A DNA stretch of 56,348 nucleotides from Candidatus Thorarchaeota archaeon (lineage in GTDB: Archaea; Asgardarchaeota; Thorarchaeia; Thorarchaeales; Thorarchaeaceae): the NCBI GenBank assembly GCA_020348985.1, contig CP070761.1:1-56348 (forward strand), in the 5' to 3' direction. A program made the position numbers and the translations under genes. The notes under the pieces were generated by a model, which was not told where the DNA came from, ran no database searches, and saw nothing but the letters and a program-made list of their open reading frames with translations. How positions within the stretch are numbered: the first letter of the stretch is position 1; each line of letters opens with the position of its first letter. Below, piece by piece: positions 46,256 through 56,289 of the stretch.

Positions 46256-48507
46256 TCATCAAACTCATCAAGAAGTGTTTGAACAGGACCAAGGCTCACC
46301 TCATTGTCTGATGCATCTTCTCCAGCGACATCGACCCACTCATCTTCTTCTATTCCCAATTGTCGTTTGATTGACTTAGCAAGGGTCGTCCCAATTGTTG
46401 GGATACGAGCAAGTTTGATTGAATCAACCTGATGCAGATCTGCAAGTGTTCTCAAATCGTGATTATGTAGCATTCTTCCTCTTACTCGACCAATTCCTCT
46501 AAGCCCTACTAGCTCAAGCAGTTCTCCTTTGACTCCGTGTTTCATTCTAGATCCAAGTCTGCGAAGCTTCGGTACATGGTTTGAAGCTCCAACAACCCGG
46601 GCAATCTCCGAAGCTGAGTAGAGCAGCCAGATTGCCGACTGAACATAACGATGGATATCACCGACTCCAACATTGTACTGTTCTGTAATATTCCTCTCCG
46701 ATTGTTCGGAAATCCAGTCATAGAGCATGCTGGCAGTCTTGATCTCAGATAGGAATTCTGAGAATCCTTCGGGATCATCCCAGCTGTCTGGTGGTGATAT
46801 CAAGAATTCTTCGGAACGCCCATCCAATAGAATTGCGTAGTGTTCGAGCTCTGACCTGGTCACATACGAAACCGGCTGATCTGGACTATGACAAAGAAGA
46901 TGTAGGACCCCATCAATTGACAATTCATCTCTTTCAAGAAAGACATCGCGAAACATTATCGCAGTCTGTGGATCAACATATAGCTGGGAAACCCTCTTAC
47001 CCAAAGTGGTGGCATTGAATCGTCTCTTTTCATCCGATTGAATCAATTCTCCATTCTCTAGAAAAGTCAGGGCTGATTCGATATGATCATCTATTGCATC
47101 GGTATCATATTGATAAGAGAAGAAAGTCCCGCCTATTAGTGCGTCAACTCCTTTCCGATTTTGTGTCATACCGTTTGCGATTGATGCAAGAAGGTGTGAG
47201 CGGAGCGCTGTGGGCGACGCAAGCTTTGATGAGATGGTCTCGGGTTCCGAGAGAATGTAGTAGTCTGTAAGAGAATCGTACTCCTCCTCGGTCTTGGCAA
47301 TTAGAACAGCCTCTCCATAGCTGTCATACTTGGGGCGTCCAGCACGTCCAGCCATTTGCTTGTACTCCAAGATTGGTATGGGATAGTTCCCTCTTCCTTG
47401 TTCGAAACGACGGTAATCCCGTATCACGACTCTTCTTGCCGGCAGATTTACGCCGGCAGCCAGAGTCGGAGTAGCAATAATCACTTTTAGTAGATTGTTT
47501 CGGAAACAGTCTTCAACAATAGACCGCTCGCTATTCGCAAGTCCAGCATGATGAAAAGCCGCTCCCATAGCCATTACTCGTGCAAGCGTCTTTGATGCCT
47601 CGGGAATGTTTACTCCCTTGTTTATTCGTCCTGCGTATTTCGAGAGTTGGTCTATGGTGTTCCTCTGCAGATATGGACGTACTGAAGATGCGATTTTCTT
47701 GGCTACAGAGACGGTGGAACGTCGACTTGAAACGAAAACTAGGACTTGTCCGTTTTCATCGAGAATGTCACATACTATGTTTGTGAGGTCATCCCTGCGA
47801 GTTCGTTTGATATCCTTGGAAGGGCCATTCTTGAACGCAATGCTTCCATCAATATACACACCTTCATCCAGAGGGACAGGTCTCCAATCACTTCTTATCA
47901 GCGATGCATCAAGCCATGCTGCAATGTCTTTTGCATTCGATATAGTGGCGCTAAGTGCTACCACCTGAATCTCTGGAATCGATTGGATCATTTTCGCAAG
48001 AACCATTTCAAGTGTAGGTCCTCGTGATGGATCATTGACTAGATGTATCTCGTCTGCTACAACTACTCCAATATCGTCCAACCACTCTGCCTTGTGTCGA
48101 ATGAGCGAATCGGCCTTCTCTGTTGTGACCACTACTATGTCAGCGTCTCGTAGTTTTGTTCCAGAAGAATCATAGTCGCCTACTGACATAGCGGTTGTGA
48201 TACCAATTTGTTCGTATTTCTTGAATTCAGCATACTTCTCATGTGCCAACGATCTCAGAGGAACTAGGTAGAGTCCTTTTCCTCTGCCATCCAGAATCGC
48301 TCTTATCATACATAACTCTGCAACTAAGGTCTTGCCAGAGCTAGTTGGAACAGCAAGAACAAGGTTCTTTCCTTCTAATACTCCAGTGTCAAATGCAGCT
48401 TGCTGTGGCGGGAAGAGCTCAGACAATCCCAAGTTCTCAAGTAGTTTGATCACCTTCCTGTTTATCGGAAGCTCCTTGAGTTCTTTCACGAATATTCCCA
48501 CTGTCAA
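46252..48507 (-). CDS. hel308: Ski2-like DNA helicase Hel308/Hjm
   Basis: PTSSGKT, DEIH, LSAT, TPTLAAGVNLPA and QMAGRAGRP, with C-terminal HhH motifs. Confidence 0.93.
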   Translation of the reverse strand: MTVGIFVKELKELPINRKVIKLLENLGLSELFPPQQAAFDTGVLEGKNLVLAVPTSSGKTLVAELCMIRAILDGRGKGLYLVPLRSLAHEKYAEFKKYEQIGITTAMSVGDYDSSGTKLRDADIVVVTTEKADSLIRHKAEWLDDIGVVVADEIHLVNDPSRGPTLEMVLAKMIQSIPEIQVVALSATISNAKDIAAWLDASLIRSDWRPVPLDEGVYIDGSIAFKNGPSKDIKRTRRDDLTNIVCDILDENGQVLVFVSSRRSTVSVAKKIASSVRPYLQRNTIDQLSKYAGRINKGVNIPEASKTLARVMAMGAAFHHAGLANSERSIVEDCFRNNLLKVIIATPTLAAGVNLPARRVVIRDYRRFEQGRGNYPIPILEYKQMAGRAGRPKYDSYGEAVLIAKTEEEYDSLTDYYILSEPETISSKLASPTALRSHLLASIANGMTQNRKGVDALIGGTFFSYQYDTDAIDDHIESALTFLENGELIQSDEKRRFNATTLGKRVSQLYVDPQTAIMFRDVFLERDELSIDGVLHLLCHSPDQPVSYVTRSELEHYAILLDGRSEEFLISPPDSWDDPEGFSEFLSEIKTASMLYDWISEQSERNITEQYNVGVGDIHRYVQSAIWLLYSASEIARVVGASNHVPKLRRLGSRMKHGVKGELLELVGLRGIGRVRGRMLHNHDLRTLADLHQVDSIKLARIPTIGTTLAKSIKRQLGIEEDEWVDVAGEDASDNEVSLGPVQTLLDEFDD

Positions 48508-48529
48508 TAACGGCTTTGTCAGGTAAGTT

Positions 48530-50614
48530 CTAAGCTCGTTTTACTTTGCCTTCTTGGGGATTGAAGAGTATTCCTTCAGTTACTAGCTTTCTGATTACAG
48601 CCTCTGCCGCTTCTCGTGGAACTCCCATTTCAACAACACGTTGAATCAGAACATCTTCACTTACAACGGAAGTCCCCTCTTCTTCAAGATTCTTCATGGC
48701 TGTCAGAACTTTGTCCGATGAGCTTCGTTGTGCTGCGCTCATTTTAGAGACTAATTGGTCAATGTCGATTTTGCCTGTTATTCGGTCAAGTGCAACCATC
48801 CTTAGTGATTCTTCCATTAATCTAACAGATGCTTGGGCGTCTTCCTTTGTGACTTTCGAACGTAGGGCCATCCTTGCTCTAGCTTCGGCAAGTCGTACAA
48901 GCGACTCTAACTGGCGAGCTGTAATCGGGACAGGTGCAACACCCCCTTCCGCGGTCTTTCGCAAATCAACATAGAAATTCTCTATGACTTCGGAAGCTTC
49001 GGCAGACAGCTGTGGAATAACATAACGATTAGCGTAGCCAATGTACTTCTTCAAGAACTCGGAAGAGATTGTTGGAGTAGTAGCGCTTTGCATGGGTTGG
49101 CGCCGATGCATTCCCAGGATGAACTTAGCAAGTTCGCGATCTTTCGTTGCTTCAACAGTATCTACCATTATCCAGATCAGGTCAAATCTTGAAAGAATGG
49201 TAAATGGAAGTCTGATGTTGTCTTGAACAGAGAGGGAAGACTCGTATCTTCCAAGCGAAGGATTTGCTGCTGCTAGGATTGATGTTCTTGCATTGAGTGT
49301 AGCCACTATACCTGCTTTGGCAATGCTAACCGTGTGTTGTTCCATCGCTTCATGAATTGCAGTACGATCATTTGGGTCCATTTTGTCGAATTCGTCAATA
49401 CATGCGATTCCTTGGTCAGCCAGCACCAACGCGCCAGCTTCCAGAGTCATTGCGCCACTGTCTGTGTCATGGACAACGGCAGCAGTCAGACCTGCAGCTG
49501 TAGTGCCCTTGCCTGAAGTATAAAGACCTCTTGATGCCAGTCCTGATACAAATTTCAGAATCTGGCTCTTCCCCGTTCCTGGGTCTCCAACCATAAGGAT
49601 ATTCGAACGACCTCTGAGACGTGTACCATCTGGAAGCGTCTTACCGACACCGCCGAAGAGTAGGAGAGCTATAGATTCCTTGATTTTTTCGTGTCCTTGG
49701 ATAGAGGGTGCTATTGATGCGAAAATCCTCTCATGGACATACTGATCTTCGGCAAGTTCCTTAATGCGTTTAGTGTCTTCTTCAGAGATTTCCAGCTGTT
49801 CATACTCCTTTTCGGCCACTTCTACGCCATTGGCATCGATGAATATATTGAATGTAGCCAGTCGACCCCCCCGCCTCGAGAAATCAGGTGTAGTCTGTAG
49901 TATACCCGAGATTTTAACCATATCACCGGGTCTGGATATATCGACAATGTCACCTCTCAACGTCACATCAATTGAGCGTGGCATCTGTCCAGGAGGGAGT
50001 TCTTCCGGAGATTCTTGAATTCTGACCTTCTGCCAATCTATGAAAAGCGACTTCTCTGGAATAAGGCGTGTGGGTGGACGCTTCTGTCCGCATTGGTCAC
50101 AGAACTCTGGAATAGTATATTTGCCATCTTCTTGATGGACAATGTGTTCATTCGGACATTGACCGGCGTTGCCTCTACATTTGAAGACTCCAACCACAAG
50201 CAGTGGCTTCACTTCACTGGCACGCATCATTATTCCACTGATCTGGATTATTTTCCCAATGTGCTTTGATCGAACTGCTCTTAGTGGTACATGATCCGGG
50301 ACGTTAATGATTCGTACCTTGAAAATTCCTGATGGATCAGCAAATGAAGCTACATAGTCTGGGTCTTCGATCCTTAGGACAGAGATCAGAGCTCTGTTTG
50401 TCAGTTCTAGGAAGCTTGATGGTTGGTCTGCAACTTCTACAACGAACACATTGTCAAATGTGGTAAGATCTTGGAAATCAACTGTAAGAGACGTTTCTGC
50501 GTTCAATGACAGTTGCTGAATCCTTGGCCAATAGGTTAGGTTTCCTTGTTCATCCTTGAAAGTACGAAGGAACTCCTCGAATCTCTCCTGCAAGCCATCA
50601 TCAGGTATTGACAT
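48530..50614 (-). CDS. mcm: MCM replicative helicase
   Basis: QESPE..PPGQMPR, GDPGTGKS, IDEFDKM, HEAMEQ, SRFD and ITARQLE; no intein. Confidence 0.97.
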   Translation of the reverse strand: MSIPDDGLQERFEEFLRTFKDEQGNLTYWPRIQQLSLNAETSLTVDFQDLTTFDNVFVVEVADQPSSFLELTNRALISVLRIEDPDYVASFADPSGIFKVRIINVPDHVPLRAVRSKHIGKIIQISGIMMRASEVKPLLVVGVFKCRGNAGQCPNEHIVHQEDGKYTIPEFCDQCGQKRPPTRLIPEKSLFIDWQKVRIQESPEELPPGQMPRSIDVTLRGDIVDISRPGDMVKISGILQTTPDFSRRGGRLATFNIFIDANGVEVAEKEYEQLEISEEDTKRIKELAEDQYVHERIFASIAPSIQGHEKIKESIALLLFGGVGKTLPDGTRLRGRSNILMVGDPGTGKSQILKFVSGLASRGLYTSGKGTTAAGLTAAVVHDTDSGAMTLEAGALVLADQGIACIDEFDKMDPNDRTAIHEAMEQHTVSIAKAGIVATLNARTSILAAANPSLGRYESSLSVQDNIRLPFTILSRFDLIWIMVDTVEATKDRELAKFILGMHRRQPMQSATTPTISSEFLKKYIGYANRYVIPQLSAEASEVIENFYVDLRKTAEGGVAPVPITARQLESLVRLAEARARMALRSKVTKEDAQASVRLMEESLRMVALDRITGKIDIDQLVSKMSAAQRSSSDKVLTAMKNLEEEGTSVVSEDVLIQRVVEMGVPREAAEAVIRKLVTEGILFNPQEGKVKRA

Positions 50615-50724
50615 TGCATTATGCCTCTGAAGCGTATCTTGAGACTGACAATTTGCGGACTCTAGTCTCTGGTCTCACTGATTGGTCGATTTGTGTCATA
50701 TTTAAGCCCCTGTATAGCCATCGT

Positions 50725-51279
50725 CTAGTCCAGAACCTTCTCGCGCCATGATGAAAGAAGGTCTGCGAGTCTTTCGCACAGCCATCTTTCCTCATTGGTC
50801 ATCTTCTTTCGCTTCTCTGTATATGCTCGTGCTACGGCAGCCCTGACGACCTTGGATCTCCGTATTTCAACTAGAGCGTCCATCATACTTTGCAACCGCT
50901 CCGTTTCCTCAAGTGATATGGGGTCAATGGAGGTCTTGTCTCGCTGCAGCTTCAGTATCTTTCTGCTTACGGCAGCATAGAGAAGTGGATGAAATGTTTG
51001 AAGCTCATGATCCTTCATTTCCATGCGATGCAGATTTGAAAGCCGCCTTGTAGATTCATAGGCTTCAGCTGGAAGCAACTCAGCAATACCGGCTTCCTGA
51101 AGTATCTCTATCACCCAATTGGGCAAATCGACTTGCACTCCTGATTGAAGTGGACCAATCTCTATGCCGCCTATGGTCAATTTTGGTACCTCTTTCTTGA
51201 GAAGACAAGTTCTTGACTCATTGAGAAACTCCATTTTGAAGCGCTCTAAGACCTCATCTGTTTCATCGCATAGCTGCAT
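50725..51279 (-). CDS. GINS subunit Gins23 (Psf2/Psf3-like, B-A domain order)
   Basis: N-terminal B domain (IGPLQSG..VDLPNWV) followed by helical R.SKV...MTNEE; directly upstream of mcm. Confidence 0.8.
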   Translation of the reverse strand: MQLCDETDEVLERFKMEFLNESRTCLLKKEVPKLTIGGIEIGPLQSGVQVDLPNWVIEILQEAGIAELLPAEAYESTRRLSNLHRMEMKDHELQTFHPLLYAAVSRKILKLQRDKTSIDPISLEETERLQSMMDALVEIRRSKVVRAAVARAYTEKRKKMTNEERWLCERLADLLSSWREKVLD

Positions 51280-51480
51280 TCCAACGACACAATTGTTCTT
51301 TGTACTGGGGTTTGATAAATTCCTTGTAGTGAAATCAACAGATTGTTTGTGTTTAAGTCCCTAGGACAGTATACATGCCTGACACTAGCAGTCTGTGGAA
51401 GAACTTGTAGGAATCTTAAAAGGGCCTCAGTTTCACTTCGGACTGATACGGGAACAAAGCCTTCCTCAGCAACGAATCGG

Positions 51481-52446
51481 ATGGAGTTCAAGATGGAGAT
51501 TGACCTTTGGACTGAGAAGTATCGCCCACGGACCCTTGGTGATATTGTAGGCCAGACTGCAATTGTGGAGAGATTGATAGAATTCGTGGCGAACAGAACA
51601 GTACCTCATTGTCTATTTGCTGGACCTCCAGGAACAAGTAAGACCACCGCCGCGATGGCTTTGGCAAGAGATCTGTTTGGAGAAACATTCGGACGAAACT
51701 TCATGGAACTCAATGCTAGTGATGAAAGAGGAATTGATGTGGTTCGAAAGCAGATAAAGAACTTTGCAAGAAGCATGGCTTCCGGTGAAGCCCCATTCAA
51801 GGTCCTTGTTCTTGATGAGGCAGATCACTTGACTGGTGATGCACAGCATGCATTGCGCCGCACAATGGAAACTTTCGCGATCTCATGTAGAATGATACTG
51901 ATCTGTAATTACTCAAACAGGATAATACCTCCGATTCAATCAAGATGTGCAATCTTCAAATTTCCTCGATTGGATGACAGTGCGATAGGTAGTAGACTTG
52001 ACTATATCGCAAAGAAAGAGTCTATTTCCCTTAAGGCTGAAGGGAAGAAAAGCATTCTGTATCTTGCACAGGGTGATATGAGAGCAGCAATAAATCTTCT
52101 TCAGGCTGCGTCATCTACAGGGAAGGAAATTACAGCTGAAGTAGTATTCTCCATCTCGGGACATGCAGACCCACAGAGAATCAGAGAAATGTTGAACGAG
52201 GCCAAAGAAGGTAGTCTAGGTAACTCTCTTGAAACTTTGAGAGATATCTTGTATCAGCAAGGTGTCTCACCAGTTGATTTGGTCAGGCAGATTCATCGAG
52301 AGATGCTCCAGATTGGGTTGTCTGAAGAACAGCTGTTGCTAGTTTTGGATAAGGCGGCTGAAGCAGAATTCAGAATTGCTGAGGGCGCAAGCGGTGAAGT
52401 CCAGCTTACAGCATTCTTAGCAGCAATCGGTGTGGTTCGGGGATAG
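51481..52446 (+). CDS. rfcS: Replication factor C small subunit
   Basis: WTEKYRP, ELNASDERGIDVVR, LDEAD, ALRRTME, IQSRC and GDMR. Confidence 0.95.
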   Translation: MEFKMEIDLWTEKYRPRTLGDIVGQTAIVERLIEFVANRTVPHCLFAGPPGTSKTTAAMALARDLFGETFGRNFMELNASDERGIDVVRKQIKNFARSMASGEAPFKVLVLDEADHLTGDAQHALRRTMETFAISCRMILICNYSNRIIPPIQSRCAIFKFPRLDDSAIGSRLDYIAKKESISLKAEGKKSILYLAQGDMRAAINLLQAASSTGKEITAEVVFSISGHADPQRIREMLNEAKEGSLGNSLETLRDILYQQGVSPVDLVRQIHREMLQIGLSEEQLLLVLDKAAEAEFRIAEGASGEVQLTAFLAAIGVVRG

Positions 52447-52448
52447 GA

Positions 52449-53666
52449 ATGGATAGAATAGAACTCCCATGGCCTGAAGAATATCGTCCCACTAGTGTGA
52501 GTCAGCTGGTAGGGAACAATGAGGCTATTGGTGTGCTTCTAAGTTGGCTTGAGTCTTGGAAACGGGGAATCCCACAGAGAAGGGCAGCACTTCTGATAGG
52601 GCCACCAGGGGTTGGCAAGACTGCCTCCGTGGGCGCCTTGGCCAACGATTTGAGCATTGAAGTTGTTGAGTTTAATGCAAGTGATGATCGGAATAAGTCA
52701 AGCATAGAGCTACAGGTCTGGCGCGCTTCCACCCAAGAGACCTTAGATGGGAGAAGAAGAATAGTATTCCTCGATGAAGTGGATGGTCTCTCCGGAACTG
52801 CTGACAGAGGTGGAGTCTCTGCGATTGTGAAGGTTATCAAAGAGACAGTCCATCCCATTGTTATGACTGCGAACAATCCTGATAGCCCTCGCCTGAAGGA
52901 TTTGTTGAAGATTTGTCAAGTCATCACTTTTACTGCAATTGAACCTGAAGCCATGTTTACCGTTCTAAATCGTATACTTGAAGAGCAAGGCAGGGATTTG
53001 GATAAGGAGAAGCTTGAAGAGATAGTTGAGAACTCCGGAGGAGATCTTCGTGCAGCAATAGCAGATTTGGAGACTCTCCTAGGCGGCAGCTCATCAGCTG
53101 ATTCTCAGCTAGTACATCGTGATAGAACCCGGACAATAGAGGAGATACTGAGAAAACTTGTGATGTCAACGGATGCCGCGGGAGCTAGGAAAGTTGTCAG
53201 TGGTTCGGATGCAGATTATGATCAGCTTTTGCTATGGTTGGATGAGAATGTGCATCTTCATCTTTCTGCTCCTGATGAGCTAAGAACTGGTTACGATGTT
53301 CTGTCATTGGCAGATTTGGCAATGGGAAGAATCTTCAGACAGCAAAACTGGAAATTGCTTGCTTATGTCTATGATTTTCTTTCAATCGGGGTCTCAGCAA
53401 GTCGAACTAGGACTCCCTATCGGCGGGTTGACTATTCTGAACCAACTTGGCCGCTTCTTGTTTGGCAGGGAAACAGAAGAAGAGACAAGAAAAGCGAAAT
53501 GCTGATGAAGCTCTCATCTGTTGCAGGTGTGAGTAGAAGAAGGGTCGTACGCACACATCTTGATACATTAGAAAGCATCATCAGCAGAGATCCAAGAGAA
53601 GCAACCAAGTTTGCGAACTGGTTAGATATCAAAAAGGGATCCTTCGATCGAAAAAGAAATCGTTAG
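52449..53666 (+). CDS. rfcL: Replication factor C large subunit
   Basis: PW.E.YRP, GPPGVGKT, EFNASD, DEVDG, GDLRAAI and WLDEN. Confidence 0.92.
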   Translation: MDRIELPWPEEYRPTSVSQLVGNNEAIGVLLSWLESWKRGIPQRRAALLIGPPGVGKTASVGALANDLSIEVVEFNASDDRNKSSIELQVWRASTQETLDGRRRIVFLDEVDGLSGTADRGGVSAIVKVIKETVHPIVMTANNPDSPRLKDLLKICQVITFTAIEPEAMFTVLNRILEEQGRDLDKEKLEEIVENSGGDLRAAIADLETLLGGSSSADSQLVHRDRTRTIEEILRKLVMSTDAAGARKVVSGSDADYDQLLLWLDENVHLHLSAPDELRTGYDVLSLADLAMGRIFRQQNWKLLAYVYDFLSIGVSASRTRTPYRRVDYSEPTWPLLVWQGNRRRDKKSEMLMKLSSVAGVSRRRVVRTHLDTLESIISRDPREATKFANWLDIKKGSFDRKRNR

Positions 53667-54459
53667 TTAACGAGGTTAAGGATGCACTCATTCGACTCAT
53701 GAAATCTGACCGTTCACTAATCTCCTTCCTAATCCTTCTTATAGCATACTTGCAAGGTTCAAATCTGAATGGAACTGCAGCCTCTATCAAGATGAGACCT
53801 TCAGGGGGCGCTGGAGTAATACCACCTTTGATGCCTCTTTTATTCTCGATTAGATCCTTCGCGATAGTGTAGTCATATTTCTTGGCACCTATCTCCAAGA
53901 GAAGCGTTATCATCTTTCTCACGAGTTTCCAGAGAAAGTTGGTCCCGAATATGTCAAACACGCATATGTTCTGGTGAATTTGAAAGTGGACATTCAGAAT
54001 GGTTGTAGTCGTTTCCCGATCTCCATCGGGCTTCGAGAAATTAGAGAAATCATGTGAACCTATAAGAAACTCAACGGCCTTCCTCATCGAAATCAGATCA
54101 ATGTCTGTTTCATTGAGTGGCATGTAGTATCTGTAATGACGCATCAGAACATCGTAACGTGGCTTGAAGCCATCCGCAACATTTGCTGTTGCCCACAACA
54201 CGATATCTTCAGGAAGAAACTCATTAATCCTATTCAAGTCAATGGGCATATCTGTTTCAATCAGTACTAGCTGACCTAGACTGTGTACGCCTTTGTCAGT
54301 ACGACCTGAAAGCTGGACCGTTTGTGGAGAATGTGTTTCTTTGCTCCAGTTATGCAGTGCATCAATCAGCTCACCTTGGATAGTTCGAACGTTAGGTTGC
54401 CATTGTGAACCGTGGTAGCGGTCGCCAAGATAGAAAACGCGCGCAAGTGAGAGGGACAA
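53629..54459 (-). CDS. truA: tRNA pseudouridine synthase A (positions 38-40)
   Basis: YHGSQWQP, SGRTDKGVHS, GSHDFSNFS and FLWKLVR. Confidence 0.93.
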   Translation of the reverse strand: MSLSLARVFYLGDRYHGSQWQPNVRTIQGELIDALHNWSKETHSPQTVQLSGRTDKGVHSLGQLVLIETDMPIDLNRINEFLPEDIVLWATANVADGFKPRYDVLMRHYRYYMPLNETDIDLISMRKAVEFLIGSHDFSNFSKPDGDRETTTTILNVHFQIHQNICVFDIFGTNFLWKLVRKMITLLLEIGAKKYDYTIAKDLIENKRGIKGGITPAPPEGLILIEAAVPFRFEPCKYAIRRIRKEISERSDFMSRMSASLTSLTNDFFFDRRIPF

Positions 54460-54475
54460 TGATTTTCCACTTCCG

Positions 54476-54769
54476 TTACGAATACCATATGTCAATGAGA
54501 TTCTTCAGGGATCTTGCCCTCAGATCCTCAGTGCGGTAGCGATATATCTTAATCCGGCCGAACGTTTTTTCCTCGATTAAACCACTATTGATTAGCACCT
54601 TGAGATGCATTTTGGTTGAACTATGATTAAGACCTACGCGTCTACAGAGCTCAGATATGTTCAGCTCTGATGCTATAGCAAGCTCCTTGAGTATCTTGAT
54701 TCTGCCTCTGGATGATAAGACATCATCAATCTGTGTATGTTTCTTGTCTTCACTATTCATAGCAGCCAC
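54476..54769 (-). CDS. Small winged-helix (ArsR-like) DNA-binding protein downstream of cdc6
   Basis: SSRGRIKILKEL..ELNISEL.RRVGLNHSST..HL. Confidence 0.85.
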   Translation of the reverse strand: MAAMNSEDKKHTQIDDVLSSRGRIKILKELAIASELNISELCRRVGLNHSSTKMHLKVLINSGLIEEKTFGRIKIYRYRTEDLRARSLKNLIDIWYS

Positions 54770-54779
54770 AAACTATCAT

Positions 54780-55973
54780 TCAGTCTAGTAAATCAAGTAG
54801 GAAGTGTTCTAGAAGTTCTGCTGGAACATCCGAGAAACCTATCAAAGTTGTCTGGCCACGTTGACCAGTTCCCGAACGTTTGGTGTCCACAACTCCATGA
54901 GCATTGAGATCTTGAATCCATTCCCAGACCTGAGTGTGTGCACGCGGTTCTTGACCGTACTCCTCGCACACGGTTCTATACATTTCCTCTACTTCGCCCA
55001 TTGTTATGTATGCACTTCTGACTTCCTTGAGTTGTCGTGCGGCAGCCAAGAGCAGTAGCTTGCTCTGAATAGGAAGAGCCGTGAAGACCTCTTTTCTCAG
55101 TTCCGGATGAGTGTCAGATTTTGCTTGACGGGCAAAGTCTGGAATCACAGTATTGACACCATTTCGATCTGCTTGTTTGCCTGCTCTCCAGAGAAGCTCA
55201 ATAGCATATCTTGCATCTCCACGTTCTGACGCAATGTCACATATGACTTGGAGAGTCTCATTCATGACAGTCCCGTCTAGGAATGCCTTATCTTTTCTCT
55301 CTGTAAGAATGTCATATAGCGCCTTAGAGTCATATTTCTCGAAACGTAGGATGTTACGCTGTAGTGTACTTAGTGTACTCTGATCAAACAAGCTCTCATC
55401 CAGAGGAATCTGGCGGCCAACTCCTATGATTGATAGGCGTTGAGGTGCATTCAGTCTATCGTCAGTTAGTCTTGTTAGATCATATAGGATATCAGCACCC
55501 TTCTGTCTTATGAAATAATCAAGCTCATCGAGAATAAGCAGGAGGTATTGGTCTTCTCTATCAAGGATTTCAGTGATCATCTGAAGAAGCTCTTCTGGAG
55601 AGTGGCCTCTCCTTGGGAATTTTGGTTTGAATGCTCTTAGAATTTTAAGATACACCAAGTAAGTGCTTTTATTGACACGACAATTGATGTGTAGCTTCTG
55701 CAGACTTATGTTTCGTCTATTTGCAGCTTGTACCATTTGCTCCGCAAATCTCTTGGCAACCGCTGTTTTTCCTGTTCCTACTGGGCCCTCAATTATGAAC
55801 TTCTGGCTTGTATGTCCAGGTGAAGCAATGAGAACCTTGAAGCTCTGTGCAAGACTACGAAGTTCAGAATCACGGTGAGGAAGAATCTCAGGTACATAAT
55901 CAATTGAGAGAAAGTGTTCTGATTTGAAAACGCTACGTCGGCCCAACTCGTCTTCAATATAATCTCGGACCAT
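54780..55973 (-). CDS. cdc6: Second Orc1/Cdc6 paralogue (Orc1-2-like)
   Basis: YVPEILPHRD, GPVGTGKT, LDELD, GDARYAIELL, and winged helix HTQVWEW...GQRGQTT. Confidence 0.94.
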   Translation of the reverse strand: MVRDYIEDELGRRSVFKSEHFLSIDYVPEILPHRDSELRSLAQSFKVLIASPGHTSQKFIIEGPVGTGKTAVAKRFAEQMVQAANRRNISLQKLHINCRVNKSTYLVYLKILRAFKPKFPRRGHSPEELLQMITEILDREDQYLLLILDELDYFIRQKGADILYDLTRLTDDRLNAPQRLSIIGVGRQIPLDESLFDQSTLSTLQRNILRFEKYDSKALYDILTERKDKAFLDGTVMNETLQVICDIASERGDARYAIELLWRAGKQADRNGVNTVIPDFARQAKSDTHPELRKEVFTALPIQSKLLLLAAARQLKEVRSAYITMGEVEEMYRTVCEEYGQEPRAHTQVWEWIQDLNAHGVVDTKRSGTGQRGQTTLIGFSDVPAELLEHFLLDLLD

Positions 55974-56187
55974 GTCAGGCCGAAGTTCACTTCCTTGCTG
56001 CTTAAAAGCCTTCTGCGAATTGTGCGATTAAATGCACTTTGATGTTAGAGCTTTCCGAAAGTATTAGTGGCGAGCTCCTAACTCAAGATCCATATCATCG
56101 TCCAGTAGGACTCATAGGGGTCATAGCATTCATCACTCGCCGACAAAATCTAAGCGTTGAATTCCCTTAAATCTCACGAAAAGCAGA

Positions 56188-56289
56188 TGGTGCGGCCGCC
56201 GGGATTTGAATTCCCTTGGTTCTCTTCAGAACCAACTCGGGTTGGAAGCTTGGGAGGCTTCCGTCCTAACCATGCTAGACCACGGCCGC
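56188..56289 (-). tRNA. tRNA-Gly(CCC) with a non-canonical 25-nt intron in the T arm (about 53/54; intron 56211-56235), CCA encoded
   Basis: Acceptor GCGGCCG/CGGCCGC; GAAGC-CTCCCAA-GCTTC anticodon arm; T arm CCGAG^TTCAAAT-CCCGG interrupted by a hairpin-forming insert; mature length 77 nt. Confidence 0.88.

Noticed and set aside
29-55990. Numerous 60-160 aa antisense or alternate-frame ORFs (for example 29-436, 2927-3388, 13588-13887, 23513-24001, 35856-36350, 44189-44677, 51246-51491)
   Set aside because: They overlap well-supported genes and show no recognisable motifs; treated as shadow ORFs.
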